DNA of 64,000 nt. Origin: Candidatus Sericytochromatia bacterium. Lineage in GTDB: Bacteria; Cyanobacteriota; Sericytochromatia; S15B-MN24; UBA4093. The stretch spans positions 27,664-91,663 of the forward strand of contig JAKFBU010000028.1 of NCBI GenBank assembly GCA_036676985.1, in the 5' to 3' direction. Every line of letters starts with the position of its first letter. The first letter of the stretch is position 1. This document shows positions 19,086 through 28,924 of this stretch, one piece after another. The notes beneath the pieces are model-generated. The model ran no database searches, was not told where the DNA came from, and saw nothing but the letters and a program-made list of their open reading frames with translations. A program made the translations under genes and the position numbers.

Positions 19086-20717
19086 CTACCCGAGCCGGAG
19101 GGCCTCCATCTTGTGCCAGACCCCCTCGAGGGCCCGCTTGAAGGAAAGGGCGTCCGCGTAGCGATCGACCGGGTTCTCCTCGAAGGCGCGGCGGACGATG
19201 GCGTTCAATTCGTCGATCCAGGAGGCATGCGCCAGGGGCAGGTTGGCCTGCTCGAGGAACATGACCACCCCCGGGCTGTCCTTGGTGATGGGCCGGAACT
19301 GGTCCGGCGGCACGAAGCCGAAGGTCCGGGGCCCGAGCCACGGCTCGGTCGGCATCTCCGAGGTGATGAGCCGGTACAGCGTGAGGCCCAGCGAGTAGAT
19401 GTCGGCGGGCGGCTTGGCCTGGTTGGGGGCCGCGAACTGCTCGGGCGGCATGTAGGTGAACGTCCCGATGGGCACGTTGGCGTCCAGCGTCAGGTTGGAG
19501 GTGCCGAGGGACGTGTTCTTGGCGATGCCGAAGTCCAAGAGCTTGACGTGCTTGGTGTGCGCCGTGAGCATCACGTTGGAGGGCTTGATGTCCCGGTGTA
19601 CGATGCCCCGCTCGTGGGCGAAGGCGAGCACGTCGCAGAGCGCGATGCCGATGGCCAGGATGGCGTCGGCCGTCAGCTGCGGGCTCTCTTCGAGGTTGTT
19701 GCCCTCCACCCACTCGGTGACGAGCGTGGCGGGCTCGAGGAAGTCGTAGACCTTCACGACGCCGTCGTGGTGATTGGAGAGGGCGATGAGGCTCTGCACT
19801 TCCTTCTGGAAGCGGCTCATGACCGCATCCGACGCCGCGGCCCCGGCGCCCACCTGCTTGAGGGCGACCTGGCGCTTGAGCTTGGTGTCCTCGGCGCAGT
19901 AGAGGACCGAGTGCAGGCTCGAGCCCACCACCCGCAGGATCTTGTAGTGCTCGATGATGTCGCCCGGCTCGCGCAGGCGCACGCCCACCGGCCCGTAGGT
20001 GACCGGCCCGGTCTGCTCGACCCGGGAAGGCACCGGCGCGGGGGCGGGCTCCGGGGGAGCTTGGCGGCGCTGGCGGCGCAGCAGCCAGAGGATCATGGCG
20101 CCCATCTGGACGAGCAGGATGACGAGCACCGCGAGGAGCCACGAGAAGGGGACGTTCCGCGCGGGAGCGGGCTGGGGGCTGGGAGCGCTCGAGGGGGGCA
20201 AGCCGCCGATAGTGCCCGACTGGATCTGGTAGATGAGGTCCTGGGCCGCGAGGCGCACGGCCGGATCGTGTTGGCTCGCCTCTGTGCAGAGGGCGATCGC
20301 CGCCTCCGGGCGCCCCGCCTCGACGAGGATCCGGGCGACGGGCAGGTAGATCCAGCCGTTTTCGGGCCAGGCCTGGATGGCGTCCTGGCCGTGGGCGATC
20401 GCCGCGTCCCATTCCCGGCGCTGGGCGTAGATGGAGGCGAGGCGCAGGTGGACCTCGCTCGCGCGCAGCTGGGGGGCGGACTGCAAGAGGGCTTCTAGCC
20501 GGTGCAGGGCCTCATCCGCCTTGCCCTCGGTGACGAGATCGTCCACCGCCCGCAGGGAGTCGGCCCAGGCCGCGTCCGCCTGGGGGGCGACCACGGGCGC
20601 CTGCGCCGATGCCGGAAGCGCGCCTGAGACAGGCGCGCCAAGCAGTACGGCACAGATGAGGGCAGCCTTCCAGTTCAAGCGGGATCCCTTCGTCGAGACG
20701 CGAAACCGCCGCGCCAT
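19086..20717 (-). CDS. Membrane Ser/Thr kinase with extracytoplasmic TPR domain
   Basis: Signal peptide, TPR helices, TM helix WLLAVLVILLVQMGAMILWLL, then VALK, HRDIKPSN, DFG and YMPPE. Confidence 0.9.
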   Translation of the reverse strand: MARRFRVSTKGSRLNWKAALICAVLLGAPVSGALPASAQAPVVAPQADAAWADSLRAVDDLVTEGKADEALHRLEALLQSAPQLRASEVHLRLASIYAQRREWDAAIAHGQDAIQAWPENGWIYLPVARILVEAGRPEAAIALCTEASQHDPAVRLAAQDLIYQIQSGTIGGLPPSSAPSPQPAPARNVPFSWLLAVLVILLVQMGAMILWLLRRQRRQAPPEPAPAPVPSRVEQTGPVTYGPVGVRLREPGDIIEHYKILRVVGSSLHSVLYCAEDTKLKRQVALKQVGAGAAASDAVMSRFQKEVQSLIALSNHHDGVVKVYDFLEPATLVTEWVEGNNLEESPQLTADAILAIGIALCDVLAFAHERGIVHRDIKPSNVMLTAHTKHVKLLDFGIAKNTSLGTSNLTLDANVPIGTFTYMPPEQFAAPNQAKPPADIYSLGLTLYRLITSEMPTEPWLGPRTFGFVPPDQFRPITKDSPGVVMFLEQANLPLAHASWIDELNAIVRRAFEENPVDRYADALSFKRALEGVWHKMEALRLG

Positions 20718-20842
20718 CGGGCGTCTGGCGGCTGTTCAATTGTACCCCGATACCCTTTCATGTATCGGGGACTCATGTGATCGCTCGTGTGATTGTCGGG
20801 CAGTAGGGTGGTATCGTAAGGAAGCCCGCGAAAGGAGCCCTC

Positions 20843-21409
20843 ATGCGCCTCCATACCCTGCTTGCCCTGTCACTTTCGACCTTCGCCCTCGCGGCTTGCA
20901 CGCTCGACCCCAGCTTGCTCAGCATTCTTCCCCTTCGCCCCGTCGGGGGCGGGACGCCCGGCCCCACTCCCACGGGTGACTGCACGATGGTCCAGCCGAT
21001 CCCCGCGCCCATCTTCCACGTGGGCTTCGTCAGCCCGGCCTCCGCCGGGGCGACCGTCTCTTTGGAGCCGTGGGTCTTCCTCGAGGCCCCGGTCATGGTG
21101 CATGACGCGGTCCTGCCCGAGACCTTCGCGGCCACGGTCGACGAGCAGGCCCGCGAGATCGTCGTGGCGGGCCAGGTCAAGGCCACCCGGCCGAACCCCG
21201 CTGCCGACTGCGGCTTCCCGGCCATCTACACCTTCCCGAAGGCGGCGACCATGAGCCTGCCCGTGGTCCTGCAGGCCTCGGGGACCTATACCGTCCGCAT
21301 CGCCGCGGAGTCCTTCACGACCCGGCGGCCGGAAGAGATGCAGCACCCGAACGACCCCCCGAAGACCTACCCCCAGCCCGCCGAGACGCGGACGCTGGTG
21401 ATCAACTAG
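20843..21409 (+). CDS. Hypothetical lipoprotein (tandem paralog 1)
   Basis: Lipobox LAAC; AAGGAG RBS; shares FHVGFVxPASAGATVSLEPWVFL with the next gene. Confidence 0.8.
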   Translation: MRLHTLLALSLSTFALAACTLDPSLLSILPLRPVGGGTPGPTPTGDCTMVQPIPAPIFHVGFVSPASAGATVSLEPWVFLEAPVMVHDAVLPETFAATVDEQAREIVVAGQVKATRPNPAADCGFPAIYTFPKAATMSLPVVLQASGTYTVRIAAESFTTRRPEEMQHPNDPPKTYPQPAETRTLVIN

Positions 21410-21421
21410 GAGGTGGCCGTC

Positions 21422-21934
21422 ATGGGTCGTCGACTGTTGGCGCTCGCCCTGGGCGGCGCCCTCCTCACCGCCTGCGCCCAGTTTCGCGCTCCGGGATCCG
21501 ACGAGTGCTACCTGGTCCAGGAGGCGCCTGCGCCCATGTTCCATGTAGGCTTCGTCACTCCGGCCTCGGCCGGGGCGACCGTGTCCCTGGAGCCCTGGGT
21601 CTTCCTGAGTGCTCCGGCCGTGCGCATGGACGAGCTGTTGCCTGGGACCTTCAAGGCCCAGGTGAACACCGAGACCCGGGAGATCCTGGTGACGGGGCGA
21701 GTGAAGCGCTCGGTCGTCAACCCGCAGGCCAACTGCGCCATCCCGGCGATCGCGGTGGTGCCCGAGGCGGCGACCTTGAGCCTGCCGGTGGTGCTGACAG
21801 CGACGGGCACCTACACGGTGCGCATCGCGTCGGAGTCGTTCACGACCAACCGTCCGCCCGCGCAGCCGCGCCCGGACGTTCCGGCCAGGACGTATCCGGA
21901 GCCTGCAGCGACGCGATCGTTGGTGATCGACTAG
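21422..21934 (+). CDS. Hypothetical lipoprotein (tandem paralog 2)
   Basis: Lipobox LTAC; AGGAGG RBS; high similarity to the upstream gene. Confidence 0.8.
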   Translation: MGRRLLALALGGALLTACAQFRAPGSDECYLVQEAPAPMFHVGFVTPASAGATVSLEPWVFLSAPAVRMDELLPGTFKAQVNTETREILVTGRVKRSVVNPQANCAIPAIAVVPEAATLSLPVVLTATGTYTVRIASESFTTNRPPAQPRPDVPARTYPEPAATRSLVID

Positions 21935-22683
21935 CTCTTGCGGGCCAGGTACGCGATCCGGTACGTCGAGGCCGTCACGGCATCCAGCGTGAGGCACTTG
22001 TACGCGTTCACGAGCTCGAAGCCCGCGGCCTCCAGGGCCTCGCGCACGTCCCAGACGGAGTACCCCCGGTGCCGGTGCACCTCGTGCACCCGCCGGTACA
22101 GCCCGCCGGGGCCCTCCTTGACGAAGTAGTCCACCTCCAAGGAGCCGATCCGCGTGCGCGCATCGTACGACGCCCGCCAGATCCGCGCGAGGTCCTCCTC
22201 GACCCGGACCTCCGTCTCGTTGCCCCAGGTGTTCGCCACCGCATGCTCGGTGATGGCGTCGAACAGGAACAGCCCCCCCGGCACGAGGTGCGCCCGGACG
22301 CGCTCGAAGGCCTTTTGCAAGTCCTCGGGAACCAAAAAGTAGTTGACGGAGTCGTAGAAACAGGTGGCCGCATCGAAGGGGCCACCGGCTCGGAGATCCA
22401 GGAGATCCTGCTCGAGGAACCGGACCTGGGCGTCCCAGCGCTGGGCCTTTGCGCGCGCGATGTCGAGCATCGCCGCGGATCGATCCACCGCCGTGACGTC
22501 GTAACCCCGGTTGGCGAAGGCGATCGCCGCCGATCCCGTGCCACAGGCCAACTCAAGGACCGAATGGACGTCATGCCCCGACAGCTCCCAGAGCTCCCGA
22601 GCATAGCGGACCATCCGGAGCGAGAAGCGGCTCTGTCCGGTCCGGTCGTAGAGGGGCGCGTAGCCTTCGTAGAGGGCGTTCAT
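21931..22683 (-). CDS. Class I SAM-dependent methyltransferase
   Basis: VLELACGTG, VDRSAAML, DSVNY and LVPGGLFLFD. Confidence 0.9.
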   Translation of the reverse strand: MNALYEGYAPLYDRTGQSRFSLRMVRYARELWELSGHDVHSVLELACGTGSAAIAFANRGYDVTAVDRSAAMLDIARAKAQRWDAQVRFLEQDLLDLRAGGPFDAATCFYDSVNYFLVPEDLQKAFERVRAHLVPGGLFLFDAITEHAVANTWGNETEVRVEEDLARIWRASYDARTRIGSLEVDYFVKEGPGGLYRRVHEVHRHRGYSVWDVREALEAAGFELVNAYKCLTLDAVTASTYRIAYLARKS

Positions 22684-23027
22684 GGCGTGGTCGGCTGATA
22701 CAAAAAAGAGGGCACGGGTACGAACAGGTACCCTGGCCCCCGGGTGGGGCGCCATTAAAACAATTTTAAAGAAAGATAAAAAAGACGCTAGAAATCAGAG
22801 TCAGTTGTCTATATAGTAAGAGATTGCCGAGCAAGATCGTGCGGTCTGCCGTGACTATGGTCACAAACTCAGACAGCGCGCGCTGGACAACCTGGGGCAT
22901 TAAACCGCAAGTGGGCCATTTTGGCAACCAAGGCCCATCTCAAGCCGGAAAACCGGCGCGCCCCTTGTCCGACGCGGCTGCCACGGCGCCACGATCTGCA
23001 GGCATTTGATAGTGTAGGAGGTGCTAG

Positions 23028-24077
23028 TTGCCAAAGCTCGCCGGTGAAATGCTCGTTGCTGACATTGCCGCTCCGGTCCCCTTCGAAGAGGAGACCTTGA
23101 CCCATACAGCTGATATCGCCTTCACCATGATCGAGGAGGAGCCCGCGGACGAGCTCGAGGCCGCCGAAGAGACGCCGGCCGAAGAGGAAGCCCCGCTGAC
23201 CCTCACCAAAAAGGTGAACGTCGCCACTTCCACCGCTCACCATGAGCAGTCCGACGACTCTATCCGGATGTACCTCCAGGAGATCGGTCGTCGTCGCCTC
23301 TTGACCCATGCCGAGGAGCTCGACCTCGCCCGCCGTATCTCCAACGGCGACGAGCGCGCCAAGCGTCAGCTGGTCGCGGCCAACCTCCGCCTGGTCGTCT
23401 CCATCGCCCGCAAGCACCTGGGCCGCGGCCTGTCGTTCCTGGATCTCATCCAGGAGGGCAACATGGGCCTGATGCGCGCTGCCGAGAAGTACGACTACCG
23501 CAAGGGCTACAAGTTCTCGACCTACGCCACCTGGTGGATCCGCCAGGCCATTACCCGCGCGATCGCCGACCAGGGCCGCACCATCCGCGTGCCGGTTCAC
23601 ATGGTCGAGACCATCTCGCGCGTCAAGAAGACCATCCGCCTCATGAGCCAGAAGCTCGGTCGCCAGCCGAACGAGCACGAGGTCGCCGCCGAGCTCCAGA
23701 TCACCGTCGAGAAGCTCCGCGAGATCACCAAGGCGGACCGCGAGCCCATCTCGCTCGAGACCCCGATCGGCAAGGACGATGACAGCCGTCTCGGCGACAT
23801 CATCAAGGATCAGTACGCCGCGAGCCCGCCCGCGACGGTCATGAACCGCATGCTCACCGAGGACGTCCAGATGATGCTCGAGACGCACCTCACCGAGCGC
23901 GAGCTCTACGTCGTGCGCCGCCGCTTCGGCCTGGACGGCGAGAGCCAGCGCACCCTCGAGGGGATCGGCCATGACATGGGCGTCACCCGCGAGCGCGTCC
24001 GCCAGATCGAGGCCAAGGCCCTCCAGAAGCTCCGCACCTCGGCCATGAAGGAGCAGCTGCGCGGCTACCTGAGCTAA
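23028..24077 (+). CDS. RpoD-family sigma-70 factor (no clear region 1.1)
   Basis: [47 protein letters not shown] and [10 protein letters not shown]; TTG start with AGGAGG. Confidence 0.95.
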   Translation: MPKLAGEMLVADIAAPVPFEEETLTHTADIAFTMIEEEPADELEAAEETPAEEEAPLTLTKKVNVATSTAHHEQSDDSIRMYLQEIGRRRLLTHAEELDLARRISNGDERAKRQLVAANLRLVVSIARKHLGRGLSFLDLIQEGNMGLMRAAEKYDYRKGYKFSTYATWWIRQAITRAIADQGRTIRVPVHMVETISRVKKTIRLMSQKLGRQPNEHEVAAELQITVEKLREITKADREPISLETPIGKDDDSRLGDIIKDQYAASPPATVMNRMLTEDVQMMLETHLTERELYVVRRRFGLDGESQRTLEGIGHDMGVTRERVRQIEAKALQKLRTSAMKEQLRGYLS

Positions 24078-24149
24078 GGTTCGCTCGAACCCCCGTCTTC
24101 CCCCGGGTCCGGCATCGCCGGATCCGGGGATTTGGCGTATCATGGGCCC

Positions 24150-24989
24150 ATGAACGAGCTTGTGACACCCGATCCCCTGCACCTGAACCCCGCGCTCGCC
24201 TCCTCTTTCCTCGAGCGCTTCCTGGTCAACGAAGTCACGAAGGTGGGCTTCTCGAACGTCGTGCTCGGCCTGTCGGGCGGCATCGACTCGGCGTTGGCCA
24301 TCTACCTCTGCGTGCGCGCCCTCGGCGCCAAGGCGGTCACGGCCGTCGCCATGCCCTACAAGACCAGCAACCCCGAGAGCCTAGAGCATGCGAGGCTCTG
24401 CGCCGAGGACCTGGGCGTGGAGATGCTCGTCGAGGAGGTGACGCCCATGGTGGACGCCTACTTCGAGCGCCACCCGGACGCGAGCCCCCTGCGCCGCGGC
24501 AACATGATGGCCCGTCAGCGCATGTGCATCCTCTACGACCACTCGGCCCGCCTCCGGGCGCTGGTCATCGGCACGTCCAACAAGACCGAGCTGCTCCTGG
24601 GCTACGGCACCCAGCACGGGGACCTGGCCTCGGCGCTCAACCCGCTCGGCGACCTCTACAAGACCCAGGTCCGCCAGCTGTCGCGCTACGTGGGCGTGCC
24701 CGCGCCCGTCATCGAGAAGCCCCCCTCGGCGGACCTGTGGGCCGGCCAGACGGACGAGGCGGAGCTCGGCTTCTCCTACGAGATGGCCGATCGCCTGCTC
24801 TACGACATGGTCGATCGCGGCATGACCGACGAGGAGCTGTTCGCCAATGGCTTTGCGCCCGAGATGGTCGCCACCGTGCGCACCCGGATCCGGCAGAACC
24901 ACTTCAAGCGCCGCCCTCCGATCCTGCCCAAGCTCTCGGCCCGCACGCTCGACAAGGACTTCCATTACCTGCGCGACTGGGGCGTCTGA
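24150..24989 (+). CDS. nadE: NH3-dependent NAD+ synthetase
   Basis: [43 protein letters not shown]. Confidence 0.95.
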   Translation: MNELVTPDPLHLNPALASSFLERFLVNEVTKVGFSNVVLGLSGGIDSALAIYLCVRALGAKAVTAVAMPYKTSNPESLEHARLCAEDLGVEMLVEEVTPMVDAYFERHPDASPLRRGNMMARQRMCILYDHSARLRALVIGTSNKTELLLGYGTQHGDLASALNPLGDLYKTQVRQLSRYVGVPAPVIEKPPSADLWAGQTDEAELGFSYEMADRLLYDMVDRGMTDEELFANGFAPEMVATVRTRIRQNHFKRRPPILPKLSARTLDKDFHYLRDWGV

Positions 24990-25102
24990 CGCCCGCTTGC
25001 AAAGCCCCATGCGATCCATGGCCATGTCGGCCGATGGTCTAGCGGCGCCCAGCCTCTAAGATGGGCGACCGGTCCAGGGACCGGCGCACAGAGGAGGCTT
25101 TC

Positions 25103-25348
25103 ATGCGCGGACAGTTGATGATGGGCTTGATGACGGCGATGGCGATCGCTGGCGTGGCGGCCTGCGGGCCCTCGCCCGCTGGCGGCGGTGGCGGCGGTGG
25201 CGTCCCACCCGCGCCCGCGCCGGACGGCGGTGCGTCCCCCAGCCCGGTTCCCACCAACGACTGGGGCGGCCGCCCCGACTCGGGCTGGGGCGCTCCGGAC
25301 TCGGGGACGGGCGCTCCGGACTCGGGCACTATCACGCCCCCGCAGTGA
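25103..25348 (+). CDS. Small Gly/Pro-rich lipoprotein with PDSG repeats
   Basis: GAGGAGG RBS; VAAC lipobox; RPDSGWG-APDSGTG-APDSGT; hairpin follows. Confidence 0.65.
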   Translation: MRGQLMMGLMTAMAIAGVAACGPSPAGGGGGGGVPPAPAPDGGASPSPVPTNDWGGRPDSGWGAPDSGTGAPDSGTITPPQ

Positions 25349-25542
25349 TCCCCTAGAACGTCGCGACGCCCGCCGGTGTGTGATCGGCGGGCGTTGCGTT
25401 TGCTCAGAGAGGTGTGTTCCTTATGCGCCTATCATGCCACCGGGCGAAAGCCCCGGCAATGAACGGTCGCACACTTGGATCGTGAGCGGGCTATCGCCCG
25501 GTCGCCCGCTTCTTGGAGCAAGCGACCGGACAGATGCCGGGG

Positions 25543-27261
25543 CTACCGCTTCTTGGCGGGAGCCTTGGCGGGGGCCTTGGCGGGCGCAGCCTTGGCGGCC
25601 GGAGCCGACTTGGTGGTCTTGGCCGGAGCCGCCTTCGCGGCCGGAGCCTTCACCGCAGCCGACTTGGTCGCCGTGGCGGTCTTGGCCGGGGCCTTGGCGG
25701 CAGCCGGCTTGGCGGCGGCAGCCTTCAGGGGCGTGGGAGCCTCGGCCGCCTCGTCGGCGTTCGCGTAGTCCTCGGCCAGCTCGACCAGGAGGCGCACGCC
25801 GATGCCCGACGCGCCCTTGGGGGTATAGGGCTTGCCCTTCTCCTCCCAGGCCGTGCCCGCGATGTCGAGGTGCGTCCACTTGTAGTTCTTGGCGAACTTC
25901 GAGAGGAACGCGCCCGCGGTGATGGTGCCGCCGGGACGGCCGCCCGTGTTCTTGAGGTCGGCGATGTCGCTCTTGATCTGCTCGTGGTACTCGTCCCAGA
26001 GGGGCAGCTTCCACGCGCGCTCGGACGCACGCTCGCCGGCCTGGCGGACGCGCTCGCCGAACTCGTCGTCGTTGGTCATCAGGCCGATGGCGTTGCTGCC
26101 GAGGGCGATGACGCAGGCGCCCGTGAGGGTGGCGAGGTCCACCACGCCGCGGGGCTTGTAGCGCTCGGCGTAGGTGAGGGCGTCGGCGAGGATCAGGCGG
26201 CCCTCGGCGTCGGTGTTGATGACCTCGATGGTGATGCCGCTCATGGAGGTGAGGACGTCACCGGGGTGGATGGCGTCGCCCGACGGCATGTTCTCGGTGG
26301 CGGGCACCAGGCCGACCACGTTGAGGGGCAGCTGGAGCCGGGCGATCGCGCGCAGAGCGCCGATGACGGCCGCACCGCCCGCCATGTCGTACTTCATCTT
26401 CTCCATGCCCTCGCTGGGCTTGATGGAGATGCCGCCGGTGTCGAAGGTGATGCCCTTGCCGACGAAGACCAGAGGAGCCTGCTTCGAGCCGTTGGGCATG
26501 TACTCGAGGACGATGAAGCGGGGCGGCTCGTCGTTGATGGAGCCCTGGGCGACGCCCAGCAGCGCGCCCATGCCGAGCTTCTCCATGTCCTTCTCGGTCA
26601 GGACGCGGCAGGTGAGGCCGACCTCGCTCGCCATCTTCTTGGCGGCGTTGGCCATGTCCGAGGGCGTCATGTCGTTGGCGGGAGCCGAGACGAGGTCCTT
26701 GGTGAAGGCCACCGAGCTTGCGATCGCATGAGCGTAGTCGGCAGCCTCGTCGACCAGCTCGACCATGGCCTTGTCGGCCACCAAGAGGGTCACGGCGTCG
26801 ACGCTCTTCTGCTTGTCCTTGTCGAGCGTGCGGTACTTGTTGTACTGGTAGGTCGCAAGCTCCAGGCCCTCGGCGAACGCCTTGGCGGCATCGCCCGCGT
26901 CCAGCCCGTCCACGTCGGTGCCGTAGACGGTGGTCGCGAAGGTCTTGACGCCCATGTCGCGCACGGTCGTCAGGGTCTTGCCGGCCGCCTGGCGGATCCG
27001 GTCGATGGTCAGGTCGTCGCTCTTGCCGAGGCCGACCAGCAGGACGCGCTTGGCGCCGACCTTGCCGCCGGTGGGGAACACCAGCGTCTGGTTGAGCTTG
27101 CCCGTGAAGTCGCCCGACTTGAGGACGTCCGCGATGAGCCCGCCCAGGGCCTTGTCCACGGCGGTCGCCTCACCGGCGACGCCAGAGCCCTCGAACAGGC
27201 CGAGGGCGATCAACTCTCCCTTTTCGCTGGCGGGAACGCCTGCTTTGACTGTTAGCTTCAT
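25543..27261 (-). CDS. pepA: Leucyl aminopeptidase (M17) with Ala/Lys/Pro-rich C-terminal tail
   Basis: VGKGITFDTGG, MKYDMAG, NTDAEGRL, ATLTGA and HLDIAGT. Confidence 0.95.
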   Translation of the reverse strand: MKLTVKAGVPASEKGELIALGLFEGSGVAGEATAVDKALGGLIADVLKSGDFTGKLNQTLVFPTGGKVGAKRVLLVGLGKSDDLTIDRIRQAAGKTLTTVRDMGVKTFATTVYGTDVDGLDAGDAAKAFAEGLELATYQYNKYRTLDKDKQKSVDAVTLLVADKAMVELVDEAADYAHAIASSVAFTKDLVSAPANDMTPSDMANAAKKMASEVGLTCRVLTEKDMEKLGMGALLGVAQGSINDEPPRFIVLEYMPNGSKQAPLVFVGKGITFDTGGISIKPSEGMEKMKYDMAGGAAVIGALRAIARLQLPLNVVGLVPATENMPSGDAIHPGDVLTSMSGITIEVINTDAEGRLILADALTYAERYKPRGVVDLATLTGACVIALGSNAIGLMTNDDEFGERVRQAGERASERAWKLPLWDEYHEQIKSDIADLKNTGGRPGGTITAGAFLSKFAKNYKWTHLDIAGTAWEEKGKPYTPKGASGIGVRLLVELAEDYANADEAAEAPTPLKAAAAKPAAAKAPAKTATATKSAAVKAPAAKAAPAKTTKSAPAAKAAPAKAPAKAPAKKR

Positions 27262-27490
27262 ATGACTCCTCGTTGAGATGCTGCGGACGATGGTATAAGC
27301 TCGTCTGAATCTCATATTAACAGATTTGCGGCCGATCCTCACGCCGCCGCTCGCCTGATACCGAGAGGATCGCCAGGGTCCCCGGCGGTCTGTCACGATA
27401 GATTGATCGCTTGGAGGGTATAAAGCGTTCGTGAGGGTCTTGGCGCCGCCAGGCCCTCAAGCCGTCCCGATTCGAGCCAAACGAGATGCA

Positions 27491-28792
27491 ATGAACGCGT
27501 CGATACGGACTACCCTGGAAGACCTCAGGCCCGGCATGGTCCTGGCGGAGCCCGTGTACCACCCGGGCAACCGTCAGCAGCTGCTGGCGCCCGGCACGGT
27601 GATTTCCGCGCACAACATCTCGCTGCTCTACCGGGCGGGGGTGCCTGCGGTGGTGGTCATCAACTTCAACGCGCAGGCGCACGGCGCTCCGGCTCATGAA
27701 GAGCCGGTCCAGGCCCCGCCGCCCCCGGCGCCGCCCGTCGTGCCCGCGGCCATGCCGTCCCGCGCCCCCCAGGCCGCGACCTCCAAGACCGGTCCTTTGG
27801 GCAACCTCTTCCAGTCGGGCTTCCTGCCCAAGCGGCCCGCTCCGGCGGCACCCGCGCGCACGGGCCCCCTGCCCCAGCTGCCGCCCCGCCCCGAGACCGG
27901 CCCCTTGTCCCGGGTCTCCGAGGAGCGCATCGAGAAGCTCGCACGCGACGTCGTCAGCCACAACGTCACCTCCATCCGCGAGATCGCCAAGACTTACAAG
28001 GACTCGGCGGCCATCGACTTCGACAAGGCGGACACCTGCGTTCAGACGACGATCCAAGAGATCATCATGAACAAGGAGATCCTCAACAGCCTCTGCGACC
28101 TGAGGGTCTACGACGAGTACACCTACGCCCACTCCGCCAACGTCATGAGCCTCTCGCTCCTCATGGGCGTGACGCTCGGCTACCCCATCGACAAGCTGCG
28201 CCAGCTGGGTATCGGCGCGCTGTTGCACGACATCGGCAAGAACCTCGTCCCCGACTTCATCCTCAACAAGCCGGGCAAGCTGACGGATGCCGAGTTCACG
28301 GTCATGAAGACCCACCCCGAGAAGGGGCTGCGCCTGGTCCAGAACCACCGGTGGGCCACGCCCGAGATCAAGGGCATCATTATGCACCACCACGAGAAGT
28401 GGGCGGGCGGCGGCTACCCCTACGGCCTCAAGGGCAACGACATCCCCGAGATGGCCCGCGTGGTCGCCGTGTGCGACGTGTGGGACGCCCTCATCTCCAA
28501 CCGGGTCTACAAGAAGGGCATGCCCCCCAACCAGGCCTACAAGATCATCCTCGACTCCATGGACACGCACTTCGAGCGGCGCATGGTCTGGGCCTTCCAG
28601 AACTTCATCGTGCCCTACCCGAAGAACTCGCATGTGCTCCTGAACTCCGGCGAGATCGCCAAGGTCTACGCGGTCAACCGCGAGGACCCCACCCGCCCGG
28701 TGGTGGAGCTGGAAGGCCAGTTCATCGACCTGCGGCAGCACGGACGCCTGGTGGTGACGGACCTGTTCAGGCCCGAAGCCCCCAACGCATGA
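27491..28792 (+). CDS. HD-GYP c-di-GMP phosphodiesterase
   Basis: YTYAHS, LLHDIGK, HHEKWAGGGYPYGL, CDVWDAL..NRVYK. Confidence 0.92.
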   Translation: MNASIRTTLEDLRPGMVLAEPVYHPGNRQQLLAPGTVISAHNISLLYRAGVPAVVVINFNAQAHGAPAHEEPVQAPPPPAPPVVPAAMPSRAPQAATSKTGPLGNLFQSGFLPKRPAPAAPARTGPLPQLPPRPETGPLSRVSEERIEKLARDVVSHNVTSIREIAKTYKDSAAIDFDKADTCVQTTIQEIIMNKEILNSLCDLRVYDEYTYAHSANVMSLSLLMGVTLGYPIDKLRQLGIGALLHDIGKNLVPDFILNKPGKLTDAEFTVMKTHPEKGLRLVQNHRWATPEIKGIIMHHHEKWAGGGYPYGLKGNDIPEMARVVAVCDVWDALISNRVYKKGMPPNQAYKIILDSMDTHFERRMVWAFQNFIVPYPKNSHVLLNSGEIAKVYAVNREDPTRPVVELEGQFIDLRQHGRLVVTDLFRPEAPNA

Positions 28793-28800
28793 CGCTCGAA

Positions 28801-28834
28801 GAGCCTCGCCCCGCGGGCGGGGCTCTCGTTTTTT
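28801..28834 (+). terminator. Intrinsic terminator
   Basis: GC-rich hairpin gagcctcgcccc..gggcggggctc followed by a T tract. Confidence 0.7.
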
Positions 28835-28924
28835 GTTCAACTGACGACGGAACGCTATCCTTCACGGAACTTTATGGTTATACTTTAAATGTTCCCGCGT
28901 TTTGGTATTAAGAGGTAGCGCTAC

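Noticed and set aside
17666-20717. BREX type 2 (pglW) locus
   Set aside because: No pglX, pglY or pglZ nearby, and the architecture differs from PglW
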